A stretch of 64,000 nt of DNA from an uncultured Clostridium sp. GTDB lineage: Bacteria > Bacillota > Clostridia > TANB77 > CAG-508. The DNA is taken from the NCBI GenBank assembly GCA_930982035.1, contig CAKNJL010000004.1:408-64407 (forward strand). The letters run 5' to 3'. Shown here piece by piece: positions 19,100 through 29,867 of the stretch; position 1 is the stretch's first letter, and every line of letters begins with the position of its first letter. Below the pieces are notes generated by a model, which worked only from the letters and a program-made list of their open reading frames with translations, ran no database searches and was not told where the DNA came from. The translations under genes were made by a program, and so were the position numbers.

Positions 19100-20092
19100 A
19101 TGGAAGAAAAAATAGATATATTACTTGCTACATATAATGGTGAAAAATATGTGCAAGAGCAAATAGAAAGTATTTTAAATCAGACATATAAAAATATACA
19201 TCTAATAATATCTGATGATGTATCTACAGATGGGACAAGAGAAATCCTGAAACAATATGAAGAAAATAAAAATATTACTATATATTATCAATCACAAAAT
19301 TTGGGATATATAAAAAATTTTGAATTTTTAATTTCTAAAGTAGAAAATAATATATATATGTTATCAGACCAAGATGATGTATGGCTACCAGAAAAAATTG
19401 AAAAAACATTTTCTGTGTTAAAAAAAGAGAATGCAGATATGGTTTTTAGCGATTTAAAAGTTGTAGATCAAAATTTAAAAGAACTATATGCATCATTTAA
19501 TGATTATATGCTTTTATCAAAAAAAATAAAAAAATATATAAATACAAAATATTTGAATTATTTATATAATTGTGTGACTGGATGTACTATTATGTCTAAG
19601 AAAGCATATATTAAATATATATTGCCAATACCGAACAAGTCGAAATATGTAGCACATGATTATTGGATGAGTTTAATGATTTCTATTAATGGTAAGCTAG
19701 CATATCTTCCAGAACAAACTATTTTATATAGGCAACATGGAGATAATCAGATAGGAACTGAAAAGATATCTCATAAATTTAAAAAATTAGAACAAGTTAG
19801 GAACTTATTCATAGAAGTAAAATTAGGTGTATTTTCAACATATGTAGAAAATAATTCTAAATTTCCCGAAGATATGCAAGAATTAAATAAAAAAGCATTG
19901 AATTATTATGAAATGATCACAAATAAAAAAAATTTTAATTTTAAAGGGTGGCATATATTTCATACCTTGTACAAGCATGAAAGAATATCATATTATATTT
20001 TAAATTTTATTATAATGAATTTACCATTTATAGGTAAAGGGTTATTCAAAGTTAGATATACTATTTTAAAGATTTTAGGGAAAAGAGATTAA
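19100..20092 (+). CDS. Family-2 glycosyltransferase (paralog of 11793..12779)
   Basis: DILLATYNGEKYV..SILNQTY..ISDDVSTD and DQDDVW motifs. Confidence 0.8.
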   Translation: MEEKIDILLATYNGEKYVQEQIESILNQTYKNIHLIISDDVSTDGTREILKQYEENKNITIYYQSQNLGYIKNFEFLISKVENNIYMLSDQDDVWLPEKIEKTFSVLKKENADMVFSDLKVVDQNLKELYASFNDYMLLSKKIKKYINTKYLNYLYNCVTGCTIMSKKAYIKYILPIPNKSKYVAHDYWMSLMISINGKLAYLPEQTILYRQHGDNQIGTEKISHKFKKLEQVRNLFIEVKLGVFSTYVENNSKFPEDMQELNKKALNYYEMITNKKNFNFKGWHIFHTLYKHERISYYILNFIIMNLPFIGKGLFKVRYTILKILGKRD

Positions 20093-20119
20093 GTATATTA
20101 GACAGAAAAATAAGAAAGG

Positions 20120-21583
20120 ATGAGTCTTTCAATGGAAAATAATAATCAAAAAGAAAAGATGAACCAAAATGAATTAGAAGATTTAAATGAAATAGAGAAA
20201 TTAAATGCAGAAAAATTAAAAACATATGAGGATTTAGAGGATAAAAAAGATAATACAGTAGAAGATATAAAAGAAATATCAACAGAAACTGCAATAGAAA
20301 TAACAAATTTATGTAAACAATACAAAATGTTTGCAAGAAAAAAAGATAGAATACTGGAAACATTATTTCCATCACACCCAAGACATGGAGTATTTAGTGC
20401 AATAGAAGATTTTAATTTAGAAGTGAAAAAAGGAGAAGTGCTAGGTGTATTAGGAAAAAATGGAGCAGGAAAATCAACTTTATTGAAAATGATAACAGGA
20501 GTTGTTACGCCTACAGCGGGAGATATAAAAGTTAATGGGAAAATTAGTTCGTTGTTAGAGTTGGGGACAGCGTTTAATCCAGAATTAACAGGAATTGCAA
20601 ATATTTATCAACATGGACAAGTTATGGGATTATCTAACGAAGAAATTAAAGCGAAGGAACAAGAAATTATAGATTTTGCAGATATAGGAGAACATTTATA
20701 TCAACCTGTAAAAACGTATTCTTCTGGTATGTTTGCACGTTTGGCTTTTGCTTGTGCTATTAATGTTGATCCAGATGTCTTAATTGTTGATGAAGTTTTG
20801 TCAGTAGGAGATATGGCGTTTCAATTAAAATGCTTTAAGAAATTTGAGCAATTTAAGAAAAAGGGGAAAACCATACTTTTTGTAACACATAGCATCACAG
20901 ATATTTTAAGAAATTGTACTAGAACAATTATAATTGATTCTGGGAGAAAGATATTCGATGGTGGTGTAAAAGAAGGAGTAGAAAGGTATAAGAAAATTAT
21001 TGTGGGATTAAGTCCTAAAGAAAGCAAAGAAGGTGTTTTATCAGATAAAGAATTATTAGAAAAAAATGCAAATTATAATGCTGATAAAAAGGCAAGTGGA
21101 GATACATGGAAGTCTCACTTTAATGAAAATCCAAATTTAATTACATATGGTAATGGAGTAGCAGAAGTAATTGATTATGGAATGTTTGATGAAAAAGAAA
21201 ACTATATATCTGTCTTAGAAAATGATAGAGAAGTCATATTAAAATCAAAGATTAAATTTCATAAGGATGTTAAAGATCCGATTTTTACAATGACTGTTAA
21301 AGATTTTAAGGGATTGGAGATGTGTGGAACAAATACTTTAATAGAAAAGATTGCAACAGGAGATTATAAAAAAGGAGAAATTGTAGAAGTTTCATTTAAG
21401 CAAAAAATTAATGTCGCACCAGGTAAATACACATTATCTTTTAGTTGTACACATTTTAATCATAGAGGAGAACTAGAAGTATTAGATAGAAAATATGATG
21501 CTTTATTAATAGAAGTATTATCTACAAAGGATACTGTAGGACTTATGAGATTAGACTGTGATATTTCCATTCAAAAAGTATAA
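20120..21583 (+). CDS. Polysaccharide export ABC ATPase (Wzt/TagH-like) with acidic N-terminal extension and C-terminal Wzt_C-like glycan-binding domain
   Basis: Walker A GKNGAGKST, signature YSSGMFARL and Walker B LIVDEVLSVGD. The ~160-aa C-terminal beta-rich domain resembles Wzt C-terminal domains. Confidence 0.85.
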   Translation: MSLSMENNNQKEKMNQNELEDLNEIEKLNAEKLKTYEDLEDKKDNTVEDIKEISTETAIEITNLCKQYKMFARKKDRILETLFPSHPRHGVFSAIEDFNLEVKKGEVLGVLGKNGAGKSTLLKMITGVVTPTAGDIKVNGKISSLLELGTAFNPELTGIANIYQHGQVMGLSNEEIKAKEQEIIDFADIGEHLYQPVKTYSSGMFARLAFACAINVDPDVLIVDEVLSVGDMAFQLKCFKKFEQFKKKGKTILFVTHSITDILRNCTRTIIIDSGRKIFDGGVKEGVERYKKIIVGLSPKESKEGVLSDKELLEKNANYNADKKASGDTWKSHFNENPNLITYGNGVAEVIDYGMFDEKENYISVLENDREVILKSKIKFHKDVKDPIFTMTVKDFKGLEMCGTNTLIEKIATGDYKKGEIVEVSFKQKINVAPGKYTLSFSCTHFNHRGELEVLDRKYDALLIEVLSTKDTVGLMRLDCDISIQKV

Positions 21584-21600
21584 TAGTTAAAGGAGAAAAG

Positions 21601-22530
21601 ATGAATAATAATAGATGTAATAATATAAAAATAGTGACATTTTCAATACTAATATTATTAATGATATTATTTGTAGTAGTCTATATATTTTCTAAAGGAA
21701 ATAAAGAAATAAAAACAACAAAATTAACACAATTAAAAAATAATACAAATAGGCAAATGATGGGGTATATTATAAAAACTGAAAATGATAATACTGTTGT
21801 GATTGATGGGGGGACTAAAGACGATACAGAAAATTTAATACAATGGATAAATCAACAAGGAGGAGAAGTACATTCTTGGTTTATTACACATCCACATATT
21901 GACCACATGGGGGCCTTTTTGAAAATTGTAGAAGAAACAGAAATTCCAATCAATCATATATATGTGACATTAAATGATTTGACTTGGTATGAAAAAAATG
22001 GCCCAACTGAGGCTAATGAAATTAATGAAGTGAAAGAATTTTTTGATGTGATACAAAATTCAAGAATTTCGAGAGCTGTACAAGAAGTCTATCTAGACCA
22101 AAATATAGAAATAGACAATTTGAATTTTGAAATTATAGGAGTCAAAAATCCAGAAATAATAAATAATGGAAACAATAATTCAAGTATGGTAATAAAAATG
22201 CATTCAGATACAAAAACCGTAATATTTTTAGCAGATACGGGAGAAGAGAGTGGTAAAAAATTATTAGAAAATCAAAGTGACAAATTGAAAGCTGATATTG
22301 TACAAATGGCGCATCATGGTCAAAATGGAGTAACAGAAGATGTATATAAAGCAATAAATCCTGAAATATGTTTATGGCCAACACCAGACTGGTTATGGAA
22401 TAATGATTCTGGAGAGGGAGAAGATTCAGGCGATTGGAAAACCAAAATAACTAGGGAATGGATGAATAAATTGAATGTTAAGAAAAATATAATCGGAAAA
22501 GATGGAGATCAAACAATAGAACTTCCATGA
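21601..22530 (+). CDS. Membrane-anchored metallo-beta-lactamase-fold hydrolase
   Basis: N-terminal TM helix; HPHIDHMG (HxHxDH) and a downstream MAHHG motif. Confidence 0.7.
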   Translation: MNNNRCNNIKIVTFSILILLMILFVVVYIFSKGNKEIKTTKLTQLKNNTNRQMMGYIIKTENDNTVVIDGGTKDDTENLIQWINQQGGEVHSWFITHPHIDHMGAFLKIVEETEIPINHIYVTLNDLTWYEKNGPTEANEINEVKEFFDVIQNSRISRAVQEVYLDQNIEIDNLNFEIIGVKNPEIINNGNNNSSMVIKMHSDTKTVIFLADTGEESGKKLLENQSDKLKADIVQMAHHGQNGVTEDVYKAINPEICLWPTPDWLWNNDSGEGEDSGDWKTKITREWMNKLNVKKNIIGKDGDQTIELP

Positions 22531-24395
22531 TAATAGTAAAGGAGAGAAATTCATTGAAATTAAGTACAGAATTTTATCATAATGAAATTCCAATTTCAAA
22601 AGAAAAAAAAGATTTAATTGATAAATATATAAATCAATACGAGATAGAGAATTATGAAGATAAATTTGATGAAAATATAACATGTGAGGAATTGTATTAC
22701 TTAACAGCAACTAGTCAAAACTTGTTAAATTGGTATCCTTTTTCTAGTGAATGCGAAATATTAGAATTGGGAGGAGATATAGGAGAACTTACAGGATTAT
22801 TCTGCCAGAAATGTAAAAAAGTGCTAACAGTTGAACCACAATTGGATTGCGCAAAAGCGATTAGTAAAAGGTATAAAAATAGGGAGAATTTAGAGATTGT
22901 TGCAGGAAATTTGAAAGATATAGACTTAGAAGAGAAATTTGATATTATAACATTTATTGGAAATATTGATAGAATAGAGGAAATAGTAGGAGAAGATATT
23001 TCATTAGAGAAAACAATAGAATATTTGGAAAATTTCTTAAAAGAGAATGGAAGGATATTATTAGCTATTGACAATAAATTTGGATTAAGATATTGGTCAG
23101 GAAATCCAGACAATATTTTAAATAAGAAATTTTCAAGTTTAATAGGATATCATAATGAACCTAAAGTATATGAAACGTATACAAGAAAAAGTTTAGAAAT
23201 TATGTTAAAAAATATGGGGTATTATACAAATTTTTATTATCCATTACCAGATTATAAAATGCCCAATGTTATATTTACAGATAATGGATTACCTCAATAT
23301 AATAGCATAGATAAATATAATCCTTATTGTGCTGGGAAATCTGATTTGATTATAAATGAAATAGATGTATTTAGAGAAATTTTAAAAACAAATCCAGAAA
23401 TGTTTACATTTTTTACAAATTCTTTTTTAATAGAAATCTCAAAAGAAACAATGAATTTGCCATATAAATATATATCATTTAATAATTTAAGAAAAGCAAA
23501 ATACCGATTAATAACTAAAATAGGAGAAGATATTGTTGAAAAGCAAGTAGTCACAGGTGAAGCTAGAGAACATCTAGAACATATGGGAGAAAATATTAAT
23601 TTATTAAAAGAAAATGCTATTAAAAGTTTAGATGAAATGAAGGAAAATCATTTAATTAGTAAATATGTTGATCAAAAATATCTCTTAAACGAAGTACTTA
23701 CACAAGAATTAGAAAAAGGAAATCAAAAAACGTTTGATTATATAATAGAAAAATATAAAGACATATTATTAAAAAACTCGTTTAAAATAGAAAGCTATGA
23801 GGATACTATATTTAAACAATATAATATACCTGTTAAAGATGAAAATTTGATAAAAGATATGAATTTTCTAGAAAATGGCTTGTGGGATATGACTTTTAAA
23901 AATTGTTTCTATATAGAAAATGAATTTTATTTTTTTGATCAAGAATGGAGAGCGAAACATATACCTGTTGAATTTATATTATATAGATCAATAATATATA
24001 CAATATCTTTAAGAAGATATATTAACATAGAAGATTTAATGGAGAAATATCATTTAAAGAAATACAGAGAAATATTTGATGAACTAGATAGTAAACTTCA
24101 AAAAGAAATTAGAGATGACAAGATATGGAAGTTTTATAGTCAGAATAAATATTTTGATATAGAAGCAACAAAACAAGAATTAATTAATGTAAAACAGCGA
24201 GATGAAGCTAAGGAATTAGCAATAAAAAATTTACAGAAAGATAATACATATTTATTAAATGAGAGAGAAAATTTAATAAAAGAGAATGAAGAATTAACAA
24301 ATGAATTGAATTATGTAAAAAAATTGTATGGTGAGAAACTTAGTGTAAAGGTTTATAGGAAAATAAAGAGATTTTGGGGAGGAAAAAATGAATAA
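22527..24395 (+). CDS. Class I SAM-dependent methyltransferase with large middle domain and C-terminal coiled coil (WbdD/WsaE-like chain terminator candidate)
   Basis: Motif I ILELGGDIGELTG. The C-terminal ~80 aa are heptad-rich (ELINVKQRDEAKELAIKNLQKDNTYLLNERENLIKENEELTNELNYVKKL). Overlaps both neighbours by 4-8 nt. Confidence 0.65.
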   Translation: MIIVKERNSLKLSTEFYHNEIPISKEKKDLIDKYINQYEIENYEDKFDENITCEELYYLTATSQNLLNWYPFSSECEILELGGDIGELTGLFCQKCKKVLTVEPQLDCAKAISKRYKNRENLEIVAGNLKDIDLEEKFDIITFIGNIDRIEEIVGEDISLEKTIEYLENFLKENGRILLAIDNKFGLRYWSGNPDNILNKKFSSLIGYHNEPKVYETYTRKSLEIMLKNMGYYTNFYYPLPDYKMPNVIFTDNGLPQYNSIDKYNPYCAGKSDLIINEIDVFREILKTNPEMFTFFTNSFLIEISKETMNLPYKYISFNNLRKAKYRLITKIGEDIVEKQVVTGEAREHLEHMGENINLLKENAIKSLDEMKENHLISKYVDQKYLLNEVLTQELEKGNQKTFDYIIEKYKDILLKNSFKIESYEDTIFKQYNIPVKDENLIKDMNFLENGLWDMTFKNCFYIENEFYFFDQEWRAKHIPVEFILYRSIIYTISLRRYINIEDLMEKYHLKKYREIFDELDSKLQKEIRDDKIWKFYSQNKYFDIEATKQELINVKQRDEAKELAIKNLQKDNTYLLNERENLIKENEELTNELNYVKKLYGEKLSVKVYRKIKRFWGGKNE

Positions 24396-26490
24396 AAAAA
24401 TTAATATTTATAAAACGCAAAAGAAAAAATTGAATATAAATGTTCCAAAAAAGGTAAGTGTAATTATTCCAAATTATAATTATCAAGATTATATAATCGA
24501 AAGAATTGATTCTATTTTAATGCAAACATATCCAATATATGAACTTATTATATTAGATGATTGTTCGACTGATAATAGTGTAGAAGTAATAGAAGAAAAA
24601 ATAAAAACTATACCGAAAGACATAAAAGTAAAATTCATAAAAAACGAAAAAAATAGTGGAGGATGTGTTTTTAAACAATGGAAAAAAGGATTTGATGTTT
24701 CTACAGGGGACTTTATATGGATAGCAGAAGCCGATGATAGTGCTGAAAGTACTTTCGTAGAAGAATTGATAAAACCATTTGATGATGAAGAAGTTATTTT
24801 ATCTTATTGTGAATCTGCAAGAATTGATGGAGAAAATAATTTAATAAGAGAAAAATCAGATGATTTATATGATATGTGTCGAACAGGAGAATGGAATAAT
24901 TCTTATACATGGACAGGGAAAGAAGAAAATATTTACCATTTAAGTGTAACAAATACAATTCTAAATGTGTCTAGTGTTATGTGGAGAAAGAAAGACTATA
25001 CAGAGATTTTGGAAAAAGCAGGAGAATTTAGAGTAGCAGGAGACTGGTATATATATAGCCACATTTTAAAAGATGGAAAAATAAGTTGGAATAGTAAACC
25101 ATTAAATTATTATCGTAAGCATGGAAGCTCTGTTTGCACAGATATTAAATGGGAAATTGAATATAATGAAATATGTAAAATACAAGATGAAATTTCTAGT
25201 TGGTATGACTTACCAGAAGAAGTTAAGAAAAAACAGGAAATGAGAAGAGAATTAATGAGACAATCTATGCCTCCAAAGGATAGTGGAAAAAAGAAAATTG
25301 CATGGGTAATACCACATCCAGGAAAAGGTTCTGGAGGACATAGAACAATTATTCAAAACGTAAATGCATTAATTAACCATGGATATGAATGTGATATTTA
25401 TGTAGAAGAAGATGGAGTATCTACACCACAAACTGTTAAAGATAAGATAAATAGTTGGTATGAAAAATGTGATGCTGGCGTATATGTAGGAATGGAACTA
25501 AAAAAAGATTATGATATAGTATTTGCTACAGGATGGCAAGTTATTAACTTTGTAAGAAGAATGCAAGCAAGAAAAAAAGCTTATTTTATACAAGATTTTG
25601 AACCATGGTTTTTCCCTATGGGAGATCAATATTTAATTATTGAAAATTCTTATAGATATGGTTATAAGCCAGTTACTATAGGAAAATGGTTAGCACATAA
25701 GATGTCAGCAGAATTTAATACACCTGTTCAATATTTTGACTTTGGAGCAGATTTAAACACATATAAAAAACTAACGAATGTGAAAAAAGAAAATGCAATA
25801 TGTTTTGTATATCAACCAGAAAAACCTAGACGTTGTGATTATATAGGATTAAAAGCATTAAAAATTGTAAAAACAATAAGACCAGATATACAAATTTATT
25901 TATATGGTTCTAATGCACCTGCTGGTTTTGAGTTTGAATGCAAGAATTTAAATATTATACCAATTAAAGAATGTAATGAACTATACAATAAATGTATGGT
26001 AGGAATATGTATGAGTTCTTCAAATCCATCAAGGATTCCATTTGAAATGATGGCAGCAGGATTACCAGTAGTTGAACTTTATAGAGAAAATAACCTATAT
26101 GACTTACCAGATGAAGGTGTATTACTTGCAGAGCCTTCTCCAGAAGCAGTTGCAAATGCAATTTTATATTTAGTCGACCATCCAGAAATAAGAGAAAAGA
26201 TGTCTAATTTCGGAACACAATTTATGAAAGATTATCCGCTAGAAAAAGGATTTTCACAATTCTTGAAAGCGGTTGATGATATGATAAATACAGATTATGA
26301 AGAAAAAAATGAAATAAAAAAATTATATAACAAAGAACCATTTAAAGCAAGCGAAGAAACAACAAAAGTAGCAATTGAGGGCATAGAACCAGTTTATATT
26401 GATACACATGGACCAATATATAGATTTTTGAGAAGAGTAAAACGATTACTTAAAGGTTGGTTAATAAAATTGGGGATAAAAAAATCATAA
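24388..26490 (+). CDS. Bifunctional glycosyltransferase (N-terminal GT2 plus C-terminal GT4/WsaF-like rhamnosyltransferase domain)
   Basis: VSVIIPNYN...DDCSTDNS (GT2). The second half has KIAWVIPHPGKGSGGHRTI, typical of WsaF-like enzymes. Confidence 0.7.
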   Translation: MNKKINIYKTQKKKLNINVPKKVSVIIPNYNYQDYIIERIDSILMQTYPIYELIILDDCSTDNSVEVIEEKIKTIPKDIKVKFIKNEKNSGGCVFKQWKKGFDVSTGDFIWIAEADDSAESTFVEELIKPFDDEEVILSYCESARIDGENNLIREKSDDLYDMCRTGEWNNSYTWTGKEENIYHLSVTNTILNVSSVMWRKKDYTEILEKAGEFRVAGDWYIYSHILKDGKISWNSKPLNYYRKHGSSVCTDIKWEIEYNEICKIQDEISSWYDLPEEVKKKQEMRRELMRQSMPPKDSGKKKIAWVIPHPGKGSGGHRTIIQNVNALINHGYECDIYVEEDGVSTPQTVKDKINSWYEKCDAGVYVGMELKKDYDIVFATGWQVINFVRRMQARKKAYFIQDFEPWFFPMGDQYLIIENSYRYGYKPVTIGKWLAHKMSAEFNTPVQYFDFGADLNTYKKLTNVKKENAICFVYQPEKPRRCDYIGLKALKIVKTIRPDIQIYLYGSNAPAGFEFECKNLNIIPIKECNELYNKCMVGICMSSSNPSRIPFEMMAAGLPVVELYRENNLYDLPDEGVLLAEPSPEAVANAILYLVDHPEIREKMSNFGTQFMKDYPLEKGFSQFLKAVDDMINTDYEEKNEIKKLYNKEPFKASEETTKVAIEGIEPVYIDTHGPIYRFLRRVKRLLKGWLIKLGIKKS

Positions 26491-26508
26491 TAAAGGAACG
26501 AAGAAAAA

Positions 26509-28212
26509 ATGAAAGCAATTTTTAGGAAAGTTAAAAAAGTATTTCATGCAATTAAAATCCAAAATATAAAAGCAATTATAAGATATATAAAAAATAATGG
26601 ATTTAAAGGCTTATATACAACATGTATAAATAAAATACGTTTTGGAACTGTTATATTAGATGAATATAAAACATGGATGGCAAATAATGAACCATCTAAA
26701 GAAGAATTGGAAAAGCAACGTAAATATGTATCTTGTCAAAATTTAAAATTTGAACTAATTGTGATGAAAACTACAGAAAGTCTTCAAAATAGTATACAAG
26801 ATCAAACATATTCCAATTTTGTAAAAACAGAAATACAAGATAGATCACTATTAGATATTGTAACAAATTCAACTAGTGATTATCTTGTATTGATTGGAGA
26901 AGACATTGTTTTACCAGAGTTTACACTTTATGAGCTTGTAAAATCAATAGAATATAGAGATTCTATTATGATTTATGCAGATAATGATACTATAATAGAT
27001 GGAGAAAGGAAAAATCCTAATTTTAAACCAGATTTTTCGAAAGATACATTAACTTCTGAAAACTACTTGGGGAATTTTTTGGTAATAAAGACAGACTTTC
27101 TAAAGATACATCAAAATATTTTGCAGAATCTTAATAAAAACATAATTTATGATTTGGCTTTTAGAGTAAGTGAAAAAACAAGGAAAATAGAACATATACA
27201 AAAAGTATTATTCCATAATATAACAACAAATATGGAATATGATACAGAAGATGAAAAAAAGATTATAGCAGATTATCTAAAAAGATGTAATTTACAGTAT
27301 AATGAGATTATAGATGGAAGATATAAAGGACAATATAAAGTTCAATATGCAATTATTGGAAATCCAAAAGTATCCATCATTATACCAAATAAAGACCACA
27401 TAGAAGACCTAGAAAAGGCGATTAGTTCTATACTAGAAAAATCTACTTATAGAAATTATGAAATTGTTATAGTAGAAAATAACAGTGAAAATAAAAGCAC
27501 TTTTGAATATTATGAAAAAATTCAAAAGGAAAATCCAAATAAAATACGTGTTGCAAATTTTAAAATAGATTATTTTAATTATTCAGCATTAGTAAACTTT
27601 GGTGTAGAGCATGCAGAAGGAGAATATGTTATATTGTTAAATAACGATATAGAAATCATTAATGAAGATTGGATTGAACAAATGTTGATGTATGCACAAA
27701 GAAAAGATGTTGGAATATGCGGAGCAAAACTATATTTTCCAGATAGAAGTATACAACATGCAGGAGTTACAATAGGTACAAGAGGATTGGCAGGACATCG
27801 CTTTAGAGAAATTGAAGAAAAAGATTATCATCGTGATGATTATATTAATATTGTACAGAATGTTAGTGCAGTTACAGCTGCTTGTTTTATGGTAAGAAAA
27901 GATTTATACATAGAATTACTGGGATTTGACGAAAAATTAGCAGTTGCTTTTAATGATGTAGATTTTTGTTTAAAAGTTAGAACAGCAAAATACCTAGTTG
28001 TTTATAACCCATATGTTGAAGCATATCATTATGAATCAAAATCTAGAGGACAAGATCAAGAATCAGAAGACAAGCAGAAACGTTTTGCTAAGGAGTATGA
28101 ACTTTTTGTTAAAAGGTGGTCAAAAACAATACAAAAAGGAGATCCATATTATAATAAAAACTACAGACTAGATACAGATTTACCAAAAATTAACTATAAT
28201 AAAATCCATTAG
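26509..28212 (+). CDS. Two-domain family-2 glycosyltransferase
   Basis: C-terminal GT2 core VSIIIPNKD...IVIVENNS...LLNNDIE. The N-terminal half is a degenerate GT-A-like domain. Confidence 0.75.
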   Translation: MKAIFRKVKKVFHAIKIQNIKAIIRYIKNNGFKGLYTTCINKIRFGTVILDEYKTWMANNEPSKEELEKQRKYVSCQNLKFELIVMKTTESLQNSIQDQTYSNFVKTEIQDRSLLDIVTNSTSDYLVLIGEDIVLPEFTLYELVKSIEYRDSIMIYADNDTIIDGERKNPNFKPDFSKDTLTSENYLGNFLVIKTDFLKIHQNILQNLNKNIIYDLAFRVSEKTRKIEHIQKVLFHNITTNMEYDTEDEKKIIADYLKRCNLQYNEIIDGRYKGQYKVQYAIIGNPKVSIIIPNKDHIEDLEKAISSILEKSTYRNYEIVIVENNSENKSTFEYYEKIQKENPNKIRVANFKIDYFNYSALVNFGVEHAEGEYVILLNNDIEIINEDWIEQMLMYAQRKDVGICGAKLYFPDRSIQHAGVTIGTRGLAGHRFREIEEKDYHRDDYINIVQNVSAVTAACFMVRKDLYIELLGFDEKLAVAFNDVDFCLKVRTAKYLVVYNPYVEAYHYESKSRGQDQESEDKQKRFAKEYELFVKRWSKTIQKGDPYYNKNYRLDTDLPKINYNKIH

Positions 28213-28249
28213 TAAGAACTAAAAACATAAGAAGATAAAAGGAGTCAAT

Positions 28250-29809
28250 ATGAATACAGAAAAACTAAAAAAATATTTAAAAATAATTAATGAATTCGTA
28301 TTACGATTTGGATTCGTTTTTGAGTTTATTTTTTCCATTATAATGGCAATTGCTGTATACAAAGTGATTATGTATAAAACATATTATGAACATTTTTCTT
28401 ATAAAAACATGATATTAATCGTGGTTTCAGTAATTATTATTCTATATATTGCTATTTTAAATATCGTGAAAAATAAGAAAAAATATGAAAAGATTTTCTT
28501 GCATCTTATGATACCAATAGGAAGTCTATTTCTAATTTTAATGATACCAGGCTTTGTAGCAGATGAGCCTGCACATATTTATAGAGCTTATGATATATCA
28601 AGAGGGATTTTGATACAACCAATAGATGAAAATGGAAAATCAAGTAGTAGTATACCAAAAGATTTTAATTTAAATCATAGAGATACATTTAGTAATTACA
28701 AAACTTTAAATGATAAATTTAAAGAACAAACAGATTATAATGAAACAGAAGAATTGTATAACCCTGCACAAGGATATAATCCAATTATGTACTTATTTTC
28801 TAGTATTGCTTTTTTAATAGGAAGAGTATGTGGAATGAATTCTTTTTTAGTTATATATATGGCTAGAATTTTTAATTTCATTCTATTCCTATTTTTAGGA
28901 TATTATGCAATAAAGATAATACCATTAGGCAAGTTTCTATTATTGGTATATTTCTTCAATCCAATGATGATAAGCCAAGCAACTTCTGTTTCAGCAGATA
29001 GTATTATCAATTCTATTGTCATATTTTTTATAGCTTTTGTCTTGCATTTATATTTTCAAGAAAAAGAAATGACAAAAGTACAAAAAATTATATTTGTTAT
29101 AAATGCAATTGCAGTTTCGTTGGCTAAATATGTATATTTCCCAGTGATATTCATATCATTAATATTATTAAAATCTAAGGCAATTGGAGAGAAAAAAAAT
29201 AGAAAACTTATTTATATAACAATTGCAGTTACTTTATTATTAGCTGTAGCAAGTTACTGGATAGGTAGCCAATATGAGAACTTGGGAGCATATGCAAAAG
29301 AGCACTATGTAAATTCAACGGAACAAATAAAAAATATAATTACTAATCCAATACGATATATTGGGACAATTTTTACAACTTTGGCAGAATTTGGAGAATA
29401 CTATTTTTACGGTTTTGCAGGTAAATATCTTGGTTGGATAAATATTTTGGTTAATAGTGTACCAATTATTATATACGGATTTTTATTATTAATGACACCA
29501 ATGATAGAAAAAAATAATAAAGCCCTAAAAAGAAAAGATAAAATAATATGTAATGTTGTTTTTTTAGTAGTATTTATCTTAGTATTAACAGGAATGTATT
29601 TAATTAATTCGGAAGTAGAATCTAATATTATTGAAGGAGTACAAGGAAGATATTTTATACCAATTATTCTATTACCATTAATTACATTTATTATGAAAAA
29701 CAAATATATGAATTATAGTGAAAGAAATGTACTAATTTTGTATATTCTATTTATATTTTTTATTGATGGATCTGCTTTAAATGCAATGTGTAAATTTTTT
29801 ACAGTATAA
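28250..29809 (+). CDS. Polytopic membrane protein, DUF2142/GT-C-like glycosyltransferase candidate
   Basis: About 12 TM segments, with an ADEPAHIYRAYD motif in the first external loop. Confidence 0.6.
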   Translation: MNTEKLKKYLKIINEFVLRFGFVFEFIFSIIMAIAVYKVIMYKTYYEHFSYKNMILIVVSVIIILYIAILNIVKNKKKYEKIFLHLMIPIGSLFLILMIPGFVADEPAHIYRAYDISRGILIQPIDENGKSSSSIPKDFNLNHRDTFSNYKTLNDKFKEQTDYNETEELYNPAQGYNPIMYLFSSIAFLIGRVCGMNSFLVIYMARIFNFILFLFLGYYAIKIIPLGKFLLLVYFFNPMMISQATSVSADSIINSIVIFFIAFVLHLYFQEKEMTKVQKIIFVINAIAVSLAKYVYFPVIFISLILLKSKAIGEKKNRKLIYITIAVTLLLAVASYWIGSQYENLGAYAKEHYVNSTEQIKNIITNPIRYIGTIFTTLAEFGEYYFYGFAGKYLGWINILVNSVPIIIYGFLLLMTPMIEKNNKALKRKDKIICNVVFLVVFILVLTGMYLINSEVESNIIEGVQGRYFIPIILLPLITFIMKNKYMNYSERNVLILYILFIFFIDGSALNAMCKFFTV

Positions 29810-29867
29810 TATGAACATATTATAAGCGATTTAAATATTTGAATATATGTAATAAAAGGAGAAAAAA

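Noticed and set aside
20120-20290. The acidic ~55-aa N-terminal extension of the Wzt-like ATPase, considered as a separate small gene or a mis-called start.
   Set aside because: The frame is continuous with the ATPase, and no better SD/start combination is evident downstream before the Walker A region. The alternative ATG at 20132 changes little.
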